A DNA stretch of 64,000 nt, taken from an uncultured Bacteroidota bacterium (GTDB taxonomy: Bacteria; Bacteroidota; Ignavibacteria; UBA10030; UBA6906). This document shows positions 17,595-27,564 of the stretch, piece by piece (position 1 is the first letter of the stretch; each line of letters starts with the position of its first letter). The stretch spans positions 608,001 to 672,000 of the forward strand of contig CAVOYH010000003.1 of NCBI GenBank assembly GCA_963700635.1, given 5' to 3'. The position numbers and the translations under genes were made by a program. The notes under the pieces were generated by a model. The model ran no database searches. It saw only the letters and a program-made list of their open reading frames with translations, and was not told where the DNA came from.

Positions 17595-18001
17595 CTATGC
17601 GCGTACTCGTTCTGGCTGTCCTCGGCATTCTCACGATAGGTACTGTTTTGATCATGCAAGATGATTCATCTGAGACCATTACCCCGGCCGAAGTACACGC
17701 CCTCATGGAGAGCGACTCTGCGTATCTCCTGCTGGACGTCAGGACTGGAGAGGAATTCGACGGCCCATCCGGACACCTGCGCGGAGCTATTTTGATTCCT
17801 GTGCAGCATCTCAAGGAACGGCTGTCAGAACTCACCCCTCACACACACAAGACGATCATCGCGATCTGCCGGTCCGGAAACCGGAGCGGATACGCGACAA
17901 GTTTCTTGCGTGACAGAGGCTTTCGCACCCTCAACATGGTCGGCGGGATGGTGAGGTGGAATAATGAAAAACGGCCCACCGTCCAGACGGAACATCCATG
18001 A
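17591..18001 (+). CDS. Rhodanese-domain sulfurtransferase, N-terminally anchored or exported
   Basis: LLDVRT...GHLRGAILIP, active loop CRSGNRS, GGMVRW. Confidence 0.88.
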   Translation: MTMRVLVLAVLGILTIGTVLIMQDDSSETITPAEVHALMESDSAYLLLDVRTGEEFDGPSGHLRGAILIPVQHLKERLSELTPHTHKTIIAICRSGNRSGYATSFLRDRGFRTLNMVGGMVRWNNEKRPTVQTEHP

Positions 18002-18390
18002 CCACAACCCAACTTGTCCTGTATGCCGCTCTGATTTTTATTATTCTCGTCTATCTCCGCAGGTTTTTTCTTACGCGGTCCATCAAAAGATATTCCGCTG
18101 TACAGCTTGCCGACCGGATGAGGGAGGGGGGGGTTGTGCTGCTTGATGTACGCACAGCGCCAGAACTCCGCTCGGGTACCCTCAAGGGAGCCGTGCATAT
18201 TCCGGCCCACGAACTCAAACGCCGGGCCGATGAACTGAAGAAGTATACCGACAGGGAAGTTGTCTGTTATTGTAAAACCGGACGCCGGAGCCTGCTCGCT
18301 GCCGCACGATTAACGCAACAGGGATTCCGGGCTTCCCATCTGGAAGGTGGCATCATCGAGTGGAACTTTTCACAGCGACAGAAAGGATAA
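17998..18390 (+). CDS. Rhodanese-domain sulfurtransferase with N-terminal TM helix
   Basis: LLDVRT...GAVHIP, active loop CKTGRRS, LEGGIIEW. Confidence 0.88.
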   Translation: MTTTQLVLYAALIFIILVYLRRFFLTRSIKRYSAVQLADRMREGGVVLLDVRTAPELRSGTLKGAVHIPAHELKRRADELKKYTDREVVCYCKTGRRSLLAAARLTQQGFRASHLEGGIIEWNFSQRQKG

Positions 18391-18394
18391 GACG

Positions 18395-18778
18395 ATGAAG
18401 TACGGTTTTTCAAAGGCCGTGGATCTCACCTTCGATCAGGCTCTCGAGAAGGTGACCGTAGAATTAAAGAAGGAGGGGTTCGGTGTACTCACGACCATCG
18501 ACGTGCAGGAGACGCTCAAAACCAAATTGGATGTTGAATTCCCCCGGTATGTCATTCTCGGAGCGTGTAATCCTCCGTTCGCGCACAAAGCTCTACAGGC
18601 AGAGGAAGAGATCGGGCTTCTGCTTCCCTGCAACGTGATCGTCTATGAGAAGCTGGGCAAGACCCGTGTCGCCGCGTTTGATCCCATGGTGATGAGCGTA
18701 ATCCTCGGCAACCGTCAGATGGAACCGATTGCGGAAGAGGTAAAAATCCGTCTCAAACGTGTGATCGCGGAAATGTAA
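18395..18778 (+). CDS. DUF302 domain protein
   Basis: LKKEGFGVLTTIDV, YVILGACNP, IGLLLPCNVIVYE. Confidence 0.88.
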   Translation: MKYGFSKAVDLTFDQALEKVTVELKKEGFGVLTTIDVQETLKTKLDVEFPRYVILGACNPPFAHKALQAEEEIGLLLPCNVIVYEKLGKTRVAAFDPMVMSVILGNRQMEPIAEEVKIRLKRVIAEM

Positions 18779-18802
18779 CAGATCGCTCCGCATCACGGAC
18801 GT

Positions 18803-20029
18803 TCAGAAGAAATAGAATGCGGCACAAAGAACACGGTTGTTCGCGGCAAGCGTAGCGTTTTCCACTTTCCCCTTGTTTTGACCGTTTGGCGTACCGTATC
18901 GGGCTGCAGTATGTTCGTATTCCGCTGCAAAACGCACCTTGCCCGTGTTCCAGACTATCCGCGGTGCAATACGGATTATGTTGTCGATATCGTTCCCCCG
19001 TCCGTAAGATGTTCCGGTGAGATTTTCATTCGCTCCCATATTTTTCGAGTATCCGGCAAATAGTGCAAGCTCCACATCCTTGCCCGCCGAAATCTCCCCC
19101 CAGCACGACCAGCTCTTTAGCCCTGAATACTGCTCAATTCCAGTCACCGTGTCGGCTGTTTTGACACCATAGCCACCGATCATGAGAAGATCGGAAAGAT
19201 TTTCTCCATAGGTTCCTTCCGCTTTCACGGTCACCGGACCCAGAACGACCTTCGCGTATCCCAGAAAGGCCGTGCTGTGGATGGCAGCGTCAGTAGCGAT
19301 ATTCTTCGCCGTAACCAGACGGGGAACCAGCCTTTTCCAGTCGGCCCCGAAGCCGAGCAAGGTACCGTCACTCGAATATTGTAATTGCGCATGAAGATTT
19401 GGCACCACCGCGTTGCGGAGGTACGAGGAACTCAGCCCGGCCGGTCCGCTGCTCTGAAAATCCCGCTGTGACATTGCCGCGAGAATGAGCTTCACCCTAT
19501 CGAAGGAATGGGAAAACCGGATTTGCGGATTTCTTGAAAACGCCTGAAAGGGCACGCCGGTATTAAAGGACACAACACCGGGATACATCTCCACCACAAA
19601 CATGGGGTGCCAGAATTGCCCGATAAGAAGGGACGAGCGGTCCCAGTCCAGTTTCACATACGCATGCCGGATCCGGAACCCGCTGGCATCGGCATCGGAC
19701 GTCCCGAAGAACTCTCCTTCGATCAATCCTGACGTCTTTGCACCAAGGGCATCCGGCCCCGTAATCCTGCCGAGGAGTCTGGTCTGAAGAGAGAGGATAT
19801 TAAAGTTTGCCTTCTTATTGATGTCTTCTCCGAATTTATCGCGTACCACCGGTGACGGATAAAGCAAGAAATGCCCCTCACGGGCAGCAACGGTCTGCCG
19901 GGAATCAAAGATACAATCGGTCTTTACGAATCCGGAAAAGGTGATGCCGAATGTGGCCTGTTCCTGCTGGGCAGAAGCGACAACGGCAAGAAAACAGATA
20001 CACGCCAGCGCAAGAAATCGTACACTCAT
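18803..20029 (-). CDS. Outer-membrane beta-barrel porin (DcaP-like)
   Basis: Signal peptide MSVRFLALACICFLAVVASA; FSGFVKTD, IEGEFFG, FRIRHAYVKL, LLIGQFW, RNPQIRF; terminal YFF; SD GAGG before ATG 20029. Confidence 0.72.
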   Translation of the reverse strand: MSVRFLALACICFLAVVASAQQEQATFGITFSGFVKTDCIFDSRQTVAAREGHFLLYPSPVVRDKFGEDINKKANFNILSLQTRLLGRITGPDALGAKTSGLIEGEFFGTSDADASGFRIRHAYVKLDWDRSSLLIGQFWHPMFVVEMYPGVVSFNTGVPFQAFSRNPQIRFSHSFDRVKLILAAMSQRDFQSSGPAGLSSSYLRNAVVPNLHAQLQYSSDGTLLGFGADWKRLVPRLVTAKNIATDAAIHSTAFLGYAKVVLGPVTVKAEGTYGENLSDLLMIGGYGVKTADTVTGIEQYSGLKSWSCWGEISAGKDVELALFAGYSKNMGANENLTGTSYGRGNDIDNIIRIAPRIVWNTGKVRFAAEYEHTAARYGTPNGQNKGKVENATLAANNRVLCAAFYFF

Positions 20030-20081
20030 GAATTCCTCTCGAGCGTTAGTCATAAAGATTTGTGTCCACACCGCAGCGGGG

Positions 20082-21629
20082 TTATTCTGCCCCGATGCCA
20101 AGATACGTTCGGAGTTTTTCCTCTTCAAACTTTGCTGCAGCCTCCGGCTCTTTGCTCATGATCGAAACAAGGTAGCCGACAAGGAATGCCGCGGGCATGG
20201 AAAAGAGAGCCGGGTTCTTTAACGGGAAGATCGCGGCGCTGTTGTGAAGGAGATCTACCCAGACCGTCGGACTGAGGACGATGAGCGTCACAGCCAATCC
20301 GGTGCCTGTAAGCACGCTGGCGACCGCCCCTTTCGTGGTGAATCCCTGCCACAAAATGGAGAGGAGAAGGGCGGGAAACGTAGCGCTTGCCGCGATGGCA
20401 AAGGCCAGACCGACCATAAAAGCAACATTCTGCCCCTTGAATATGAGTCCGAGCACGATTGCAAGAATGCCCAGGAAGAGGGTGGATGCTTTCGCCACGC
20501 GGATTTCACCGGCCTCATCGGCTTTCCCGCGCTTGACGACATTGACGTACAGGTCGTGCGAAAGTGTGGAAGCTCCGGAAAGCGTCAGGCCCGCCACAAC
20601 CGCCAGAATGGTGGCAAATGCGACCGCTGCAATAAAGCCGAGGAAAAACTGGCCGCCCACCGATTCGGCGAGCAGCAACGCTGCCATGTTTCCACCTTTG
20701 TCGAAACTGCTCACCACCTCCTGGCTCACAAGAACCATTGCACCGAATCCGATAAAGAAGGTAAGAATGTAGAAGTAACCGATGAACCCTGTTGCTATAA
20801 AAACAGATTTCCTCGCCTGTTTTGCGTCTGGCACGGTGAAAAAACGCATGAGGATGTGTGGCAGCCCTGCGGTCCCCAACATCAACGCAAGACCAAGGGA
20901 CAGAGCATCCCAGGGATTGGTCACAAAACCACCCGGTGACAGAACCTTGTCGGAATACATGACGGCTGCTTTTTCAAACAGCAGTAACGGGTTCATGCTA
21001 AAATGTGAGAGCGTCATGATAACCAGCAGCGTGGCTCCGCCGAGAAGTAACACGGCTTTGATGATCTGAACCCAGGTCGTCGCGAGCATGCCGCCGAAGA
21101 GTACGTAGGCGATCATGACGCACCCGACAATGATGACAGCCGCTTCATACGGCAGACCGAACAGCGTGGTGATAAGAGAGCCGGCGCCCACCATCTGGGC
21201 AATAAGATAGAATACGATCGTCATCAACGAACCAATCGAAGACCCGATGCGCACAGGCCGCTGTTTCAGGCGGAAGGCCACTACGTCGGCAAACGTAAAT
21301 TTGCCCAGATTCCTGAGCGGTTCAGCAATGAGAAACATCACCAGGGGCCATCCGACAAGAAATCCAATGGAATAGATGAGACCGTCGTATCCTTTCAGGG
21401 CGACCATACCGGCAATCCCCAGGAACGATGCCGCGCTCATGTAATCACCCGCGAGCGCGAGTCCGTTTTGCAGGCCGGAAATACTCCTGTCGGCCGCATA
21501 AAATTCTGATGTGGTCTTCGTCCGCTTGGCAGCCCAATACGTTATCGCCAGTGTAATCATGACGAAAACGAAGAAGATGATAATGGAAGCGGTATTCACC
21601 TGACCGAGTGTTGACTGAAAAGTATCCAA
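20082..21629 (-). CDS. actP: Cation/acetate symporter (SSS family)
   Basis: [62 protein letters not shown]. Start probably TTG 21629 after AGGAGG (ORF extends to 21665). Confidence 0.93.
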   Translation of the reverse strand: MDTFQSTLGQVNTASIIIFFVFVMITLAITYWAAKRTKTTSEFYAADRSISGLQNGLALAGDYMSAASFLGIAGMVALKGYDGLIYSIGFLVGWPLVMFLIAEPLRNLGKFTFADVVAFRLKQRPVRIGSSIGSLMTIVFYLIAQMVGAGSLITTLFGLPYEAAVIIVGCVMIAYVLFGGMLATTWVQIIKAVLLLGGATLLVIMTLSHFSMNPLLLFEKAAVMYSDKVLSPGGFVTNPWDALSLGLALMLGTAGLPHILMRFFTVPDAKQARKSVFIATGFIGYFYILTFFIGFGAMVLVSQEVVSSFDKGGNMAALLLAESVGGQFFLGFIAAVAFATILAVVAGLTLSGASTLSHDLYVNVVKRGKADEAGEIRVAKASTLFLGILAIVLGLIFKGQNVAFMVGLAFAIAASATFPALLLSILWQGFTTKGAVASVLTGTGLAVTLIVLSPTVWVDLLHNSAAIFPLKNPALFSMPAAFLVGYLVSIMSKEPEAAAKFEEEKLRTYLGIGAE

Positions 21630-21668
21630 AGCAAGTTCCTCCTGGTTCCGAAGAGTGGTGAGCACGGC

Positions 21669-21983
21669 CTATTGATGAAGTACCTTGTTGCGTAGTTCTC
21701 TCACTTTCGCGTCGTATGAACGATTCGCCCATCGTGTATAGTAACCGGTCAAGAGCCAGGCAAACAGGATAAGGCTTATGCCGATGGGAAGACCGAGGGT
21801 CAGGTATTCACTGATCTTATAGGACAGAAATTCTGGGAAGAATGCGATGGTGAGGATAAAACCGAAATATACCACCAGCATGACCACCGTCAGGACAGAA
21901 GATACCATAATTCTCTGCCTGACAAGACTCCTGAATTCATCCGAGTTGAGGATCTCCCGGATTTTCGATGCCTGTACGCTCAT
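21669..21983 (-). CDS. DUF485 (YjcH-like) small membrane partner of ActP
   Basis: EFRSLVRQR, two TMs, YTRWANRSYD; directly upstream of actP; SD GAGGAG. Confidence 0.88.
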   Translation of the reverse strand: MSVQASKIREILNSDEFRSLVRQRIMVSSVLTVVMLVVYFGFILTIAFFPEFLSYKISEYLTLGLPIGISLILFAWLLTGYYTRWANRSYDAKVRELRNKVLHQ

Positions 21984-22134
21984 GGTGAATGCTCCTCTTC
22001 TGTTTTGCCGGTTTGGACGTACGTCTGTCACGTTTTTGATGTTCGGTTCGTGCTCGAGGAATATGCCTGAGAACTGATAGAGCCAGAGGTCGGGGAGGTC
22101 ACCCGATATGGGGCGGAGGACTCGCTGGTCTCGC

Positions 22135-22163
22135 AGTATAGGGATTTTTTCTTGAAAACCCAA
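22135..22163 (-). promoter_or_regulatory. Putative sigma70 promoter of DUF485-actP-porin
   Basis: Minus strand TTGGGT-17 nt-TATACT; implies a ~145 nt 5' UTR. Confidence 0.4.
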
Positions 22164-22268
22164 CACCGTGTGGAAATGTGCCGGTAAGCACGGTGTGGAG
22201 GGGGCGTCCGGGCAAGGTATCAGGCCGATCGGCTCTCGGGAGACAGGACATCCGTAAAACTGTGCGTA

Positions 22269-25163
22269 TTACCTGGCCACACCCTTGAACCCAAGACTGA
22301 TAGCAGCCTTGAAGCTGTCGATTTGCCCCACCCCCCTTTTGAGCATCATGAGGTCTGACTCCGTACACTCAGCTGGATCGATCTCATTGTTTGGAGAAAG
22401 GTTTTCTGATATCAGCTTCGCCTGATGCCGGAACCGTATGCGCATCAGAAAGGAATAGAGCTCCGCGATGTCCTGATACGTCCTTCGTGAAAACACGTTC
22501 GCCTCGTAGAGGAGCGCAAGTCGGTCCAGTGTATTGGTGCCTGCCACCTGATGTTTCAGGGCATGGAGCCTTGCGCCATCGACAATGGGCATGATAACTT
22601 TCTTGATGTCAAACGGTCCCTTCAGCTTCTGGATACCATCCGGCAACTCCCATTTGATCACACTGTCGGACAGATAGAGAAAGAACGGATCATTTCCCGT
22701 TAGCACTTTTTTTACGTGAGTCTGAAGGGATTGTACGATTTCCTCGTTGCCATGGAGAAGACGGAAATCGAAGAAGGTTTTTGCATCGAGCAGATCCTGC
22801 GGGCTTGCGTTCGTCACCCAATCCGTAAAATACGTTTTCCATACGGCAAGTGGTTGACACCATTTCACGTTCTTCGCCATGATGCCACCCTTGCAAAAAT
22901 GATAGCCCACGGTATCGAGCGCCGCGCAGACTTCTTCTCCCAGGCGCAGGAAATATGCCTGTGACTTTTCCCGAAGGTCGGGAGATGGGTCTTGATATAC
23001 AATCGCATTGTCCTGATCAGTAAGGAGTGTTTGTTCCTTCCTTCCATCACTCCCGAGCGCGATAAAGGCGAACGGAACAGGTGGTTCCCCAAGATCGTCC
23101 ATAGCCAGGACAATGATACGATGGGTGAGTGCCTGAGAGATCAGCGTGGTCACCCGCGTAACGTCGGCGACGTGCGCTCCCCTCGCGATAAGAGTCTGTA
23201 CCAGGAACTGGAGTCTGGAATGATACTCTTTTAATTCACGGGCCGTAGAAAGAGATTCAATCCTCTGGAGGAAGTAGAGATACGAGGTATACAGTGCGTG
23301 CTGAATATCCCGTGCATGGACAATGCCGGCGGGTGTACCGTCGGTACGGTTGACCACAACGTGGGAAACATGTTTTTCAGCAAATAGCTGGAGGACATCG
23401 AACACTGTCGAGGAAGAAGGTACTCCCAAAAGCGGGGAGGTCATCACGGTGTGGACTGGATTATCAAGACCAACCTGAGGCGCCAGGACACGCTCCCGGA
23501 TGTCACATTCGGTCACAATCCCAATTGCCGACAATCCGGTTGTGGTGACGAGAATGGCATCCCGTTGTCGGCGTGTCATAAGCTGAACAGCATCCCCGAT
23601 TGTGGCCTGCATATCGCACGATGGATAGGATTCGGCAAAGGGCTGTACCGGTTGATGGAGCAGGAGGATGGAAATCTGAAGATCTGAAAGCAGGTTCTCG
23701 CGTTCGGTTTCTGAGCGCTTCTGCTCGGTGATGTCTTCCAGGACCCCGTCACACGCCAGAGGTTTTCCCTGTTTGTCCCGGATCAGAATGGCGGAAAGGG
23801 AGATGATGGCTTTTGCTCCCGTGAGACGGCGTACGGCGGTGATCCAGTTCCTGACGATTCCGGCTTCAAAAAGAGTCTCAAAGAATCTCCTTCCCTCGTG
23901 CACATCATCGAACAGCTCGAGCAGCGAATAGGTGAGGAGCATGTTCTTATCGGAGGCGCCAAGAATGTTTCCGGCGGCCGGATTCACTTCGAGAAATCTG
24001 GCCTCCTTTGTGGGCGCGGTGCGGAATACGCCGATAGAGAGCTGATTGGTCAGCGTTCGATACTGCTCCTGGCTGCTGTCAAGGGCGTCTTCGATTTGTT
24101 TGTGGCGGCTGATATCCTTGACACTCAGCACAATACCTTCCTTTTGTAGCAAGGTGATCGGCGAAATGCTGATGACGACATCCAGAACACCCCCGCTCAT
24201 CGTCCGGAGTTTTGCCTCCACCTGCTCCAGCGCTGCCTCTTGTCCGGCTACGGGTCGAAATGTTTCAAAATCAAAGATGTTCGCATGGGGGACCGAAATG
24301 AACAGATCGCGGAACGGCACTTCGCCGGAAAAGCCCTCAGCATAACCGATCATGGCATACAAAGCCTTGTTACAGAAGACTTCCTGATCCGCCATGACCA
24401 TGATCAAGCCCTCCGTCGAGGTTTCCACAAGCGCGCGGTATTTTTCTCTTGATGTATGCAGTTCCTGTTCAGCACGCTGCCGCTGGTTTTCTGCCCGGAG
24501 GTTTTGCCATGCAATGTACAGGAGCAGGATTGCAATAATGATGGAGATACCGATGGACATGTGAACCGTCTGTCGCTCCAACGCAGCGATTTCGGATTTG
24601 ACGTCTTCAATGTAGATCCCCGTTCCGACAATCCACTTCCAGGGTGTAAACCCTTTTACAAAGGACAGCTTGGGAACGATGCGTGTTGAGTCGTCCTTCC
24701 ACTGCCACGTGTAATCGACGTACCCCTCTCCGGCATTTTCCACCGCTGCCACCATCTCCACAAACATCCGGTTTCCGTATGAGTCGTCATACTCTTTCAG
24801 ACTCTTTCCGTTCAGATCAGGACGATAGGGATGCATGATCATGACCGGATCATGGTCGGTTATCCAGAAATAGTCTTTACCTTCCTTGCCGTATCTGAGC
24901 AGTTTTATCTGGTTCACCGCCGATTGCTGTGCCTGGTCCCGTGAAATCAATCCCCTCGTCTCCCGATCATGCCATTGCTCCAGGATGCTCCAGGCAGAAT
25001 TCGTCAGCTCCCGGATCATTTCGCGCTTTCGTCCATAGATGATCTCTTCGAACTGTGGTATCAGGACGAGAAACAGAGCGGTGATGAAAAGGCCGATTGT
25101 AAGGAGTGTGGGAAGGAGGGTCCTGACGATGAATCGTGTTCGATATCCGCCGGAAGTTTTCAT
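22269..25163 (-). CDS. Membrane sensor nucleotidyltransferase: TM-sCache_2-TM-PAS-PAS-CBS pair-DUF294 NTase-DUF294_C
   Basis: Cache_2 RYG..DYFWITD..MIMHP..GYVDYTW..KLSFV..WIVGTGIY; two PAS folds ending KDIS and EDITEQK; CBS GIVTECDI and VMTSPL; NTase LGSDGRKEQTLLTDQDNAI; FFDFR; FDIKK. Start 25163 (alternatives 25196, 25217). Confidence 0.85.
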   Translation of the reverse strand: MKTSGGYRTRFIVRTLLPTLLTIGLFITALFLVLIPQFEEIIYGRKREMIRELTNSAWSILEQWHDRETRGLISRDQAQQSAVNQIKLLRYGKEGKDYFWITDHDPVMIMHPYRPDLNGKSLKEYDDSYGNRMFVEMVAAVENAGEGYVDYTWQWKDDSTRIVPKLSFVKGFTPWKWIVGTGIYIEDVKSEIAALERQTVHMSIGISIIIAILLLYIAWQNLRAENQRQRAEQELHTSREKYRALVETSTEGLIMVMADQEVFCNKALYAMIGYAEGFSGEVPFRDLFISVPHANIFDFETFRPVAGQEAALEQVEAKLRTMSGGVLDVVISISPITLLQKEGIVLSVKDISRHKQIEDALDSSQEQYRTLTNQLSIGVFRTAPTKEARFLEVNPAAGNILGASDKNMLLTYSLLELFDDVHEGRRFFETLFEAGIVRNWITAVRRLTGAKAIISLSAILIRDKQGKPLACDGVLEDITEQKRSETERENLLSDLQISILLLHQPVQPFAESYPSCDMQATIGDAVQLMTRRQRDAILVTTTGLSAIGIVTECDIRERVLAPQVGLDNPVHTVMTSPLLGVPSSSTVFDVLQLFAEKHVSHVVVNRTDGTPAGIVHARDIQHALYTSYLYFLQRIESLSTARELKEYHSRLQFLVQTLIARGAHVADVTRVTTLISQALTHRIIVLAMDDLGEPPVPFAFIALGSDGRKEQTLLTDQDNAIVYQDPSPDLREKSQAYFLRLGEEVCAALDTVGYHFCKGGIMAKNVKWCQPLAVWKTYFTDWVTNASPQDLLDAKTFFDFRLLHGNEEIVQSLQTHVKKVLTGNDPFFLYLSDSVIKWELPDGIQKLKGPFDIKKVIMPIVDGARLHALKHQVAGTNTLDRLALLYEANVFSRRTYQDIAELYSFLMRIRFRHQAKLISENLSPNNEIDPAECTESDLMMLKRGVGQIDSFKAAISLGFKGVAR

Positions 25164-25220
25164 GCGTAACTTTCCCGTGGAAAAGGGAGGAGCCATGATG
25201 TGACCGTTACGAAACACAGG

Positions 25221-25991
25221 TCACTGAAGGGCACGGCGTGCTTCATGTAAGGGCACCACCGTGATGTGTCGTTTCTCAGTATCCAGTATCATACAACCGT
25301 TTGCACGTGACGTGCGTGCAACACAGGGGGCAACGATCCATTGGGGACCTTCGAACAGCTGTACTGTTCCAAACGGATGCAGAGTCATTGTATCTTCATT
25401 GACAATCAAACACCCCTCGGGATGCCCGTGCCCGGAAATTCCCAGGTCACAGCCCTGCTCACGGACGAATTGGAAATGTTTTTTCAGATGAAAAGCCTGA
25501 CTGGGAAAGAAGATCGCAGATCCGGATAGGTCGGGATAACAGAAGTGTGAAACGAGGCAGGAGAATCCATCAACCCGCAGACACTCCGTTTCCTCCAGGC
25601 CCTGGAGATACTCCAGCGAGGCCGGACTCAGCGCTGGAGGCAGTTCGTTGTCTTCATAGAGCCAGATTCGATTACGGGCCCTCTTTTCGCGGATCGTATA
25701 CGCAAGATCGTACCAGTTGGCACCGTATTCAAATCCAGCATTAAACCGGGGCACCCTTCGGATTGCGTACAGGTCGTGATTCCCCGCAACGGCAACACTA
25801 CACCGGCTGCGAATCTGGGCTATACATCCTTCCGCATCCCGGGCTCGAATGTATTGATAGAAAGGAAGGGCAAATCCGACGATGTCGCCAAGACAGACGA
25901 TCTTCTCACACTGGTATTGGGCCAGAACCTCCAGAGCGAGATTGAGGCTCACAATGTCTTCGTGTATATCCGCCAGAAACCCTACGATCAT
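25221..25991 (-). CDS. Calcineurin-like metallophosphoesterase
   Basis: ADIHED, CLGDIVG, GNHD, SH, GHGH metal-binding motifs. Confidence 0.85.
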   Translation of the reverse strand: MIVGFLADIHEDIVSLNLALEVLAQYQCEKIVCLGDIVGFALPFYQYIRARDAEGCIAQIRSRCSVAVAGNHDLYAIRRVPRFNAGFEYGANWYDLAYTIREKRARNRIWLYEDNELPPALSPASLEYLQGLEETECLRVDGFSCLVSHFCYPDLSGSAIFFPSQAFHLKKHFQFVREQGCDLGISGHGHPEGCLIVNEDTMTLHPFGTVQLFEGPQWIVAPCVARTSRANGCMILDTEKRHITVVPLHEARRALQ

Positions 25992-26090
25992 GAGATTGCC
26001 GCGGCTGAGGTTGGTCTATCGCTGGAAAAACCTACAAAAGGGCATCCTGGTAAGCAAGCAAATACTCCCGAAGTCAGCGCAGGCATCGCG

Positions 26091-27281
26091 TCAAAACGGG
26101 CTTCGGACACTTCTTGCCTTCCTCGTAACCTTCGGCGTAAACTCCTTACCCGCGTCCCTCCGCAAGCCAAAGTAGTGCTGGATGGCCCGGACGGTCCGTT
26201 CCGACGCACGGCCATCACCGTACGGATTAACAGCGGTTGCCATCCGTTCGTACGCCGCCTGGTCGTCCAGCAACCGCCGCGCATTAGTATAAATCTTCTC
26301 TTGATCCACACCGACCAGTTTTACGGTGCCAGAGCGGACGGCTTCAGGGCGTTCAGTCTTGTCGCGAAGAACAAGAACCGGTATCCCCAGGGAGGGCCCC
26401 TCTTCCTGGACTCCACCTGAATCACTGATGAGCAGATACGCACGTGCCATCACATGCACAAAATCCATATAGTCAAGCGGCTCCATTAACACAACATTGG
26501 GCACGTTCTTGAGAACCGGCATAACCGCTTCCCGTACCATGGGGTTTTTGTGGACCGGGAAGAGAACAAGGGTATCGGGTGATTCCCGGGCAATCCGCCG
26601 CAGCGCCAGGGCAGCACCCTGCATGGGCTCACCCCAATTCTCCCGCCGGTGCATGGTCACCAGAATGATACGACGCTCGTCGGACGCTGCACGCCGCAAC
26701 GCAGAGGTGCTGAAAGTATGTTTCTTTCTCACAGCGAGGTGTAACGCATCAATCACGGAGTTTCCTGTGATCCGAATGGACGACGCAGGGACATGTTCAC
26801 GCAGGAGTGCTTGCCGCGCAGTTGCGGTGGGTGCAAAATGCAGGTCGGCGATCACACTCGTGAGCCTCCTGTTCATTTCTTCCGGAAACGGCTGGCTCTT
26901 GTCGTGTGTGCGTAAGCCGGCCTCCACGTGACCGACCGGGATGTGCCGGAAAAAGGCCGCCAGACTCCCGACAAACGTCGTGAGTGTGTCACCCTGGACC
27001 AGCACCATCTCGGGCCGTTCCTCGACCATGATACGATCCAGCGTTTCAATGGCGTTGCGCGTAATTTGCGCAAGTGTCTGCCGCGGTCGCATGATGTTCA
27101 GGTCGTGGTCCGGCGTAATCCGGAACACATCCAGCACCTGATCCAGCATGTGCCGGTGTTGCGCCGTTGCTATCGTGACCACGCGGCACCACGTGCGCTC
27201 TTCTCGCAAGCGGAGGATGATAGGAGCAAGCTTGATTGTATCCGGCCGGGTTCCAAAGATCACAGCGATGGTTTTTTTCAT
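26091..27281 (-). CDS. wecB: UDP-N-acetylglucosamine 2-epimerase (non-hydrolysing)
   Basis: GTRPDTIK, VQGDT, HVEAGLRT, PFPEEMNR, HRRENWG, DSGGVQEE, TERPEA, NPYGDG. Confidence 0.92.
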   Translation of the reverse strand: MKKTIAVIFGTRPDTIKLAPIILRLREERTWCRVVTIATAQHRHMLDQVLDVFRITPDHDLNIMRPRQTLAQITRNAIETLDRIMVEERPEMVLVQGDTLTTFVGSLAAFFRHIPVGHVEAGLRTHDKSQPFPEEMNRRLTSVIADLHFAPTATARQALLREHVPASSIRITGNSVIDALHLAVRKKHTFSTSALRRAASDERRIILVTMHRRENWGEPMQGAALALRRIARESPDTLVLFPVHKNPMVREAVMPVLKNVPNVVLMEPLDYMDFVHVMARAYLLISDSGGVQEEGPSLGIPVLVLRDKTERPEAVRSGTVKLVGVDQEKIYTNARRLLDDQAAYERMATAVNPYGDGRASERTVRAIQHYFGLRRDAGKEFTPKVTRKARSVRSPF

Positions 27282-27564
27282 CGGCTTTCGTGAGATGATG
27301 GCCACGAGTAAAGAAGATCACCCTTGTGTTGTCGGAAAATGTCACGCCGTAAAAATACGGAAGATACAGGAGAAATGCGCAGGAATGTACAACGAGTGGT
27401 ATTGTGGCTCACTGCGGGCAACGAGCAAAGACGCCCTGATTGCAGCAGTGATCCCGCAAAACTGTCTGCAACCACGGCGTCTTCGTGGCCGATCTTTGTT
27501 TTGTCTCGCCCCTCCACGGCCTGCATTTCTGGTTCAAGCGTCCGTTACAGGGTGGAAGGGTCGG

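Noticed and set aside
18126-18133. G8 run inside a rhodanese gene as a phase-variation switch
   Set aside because: The reading frame is intact, and a single sequence gives no evidence of length variation.
27220-27281. wecB motif reads GTRPDTIK rather than the usual GTRPEAIK
   Set aside because: Conservative change; all other catalytic motifs are intact.
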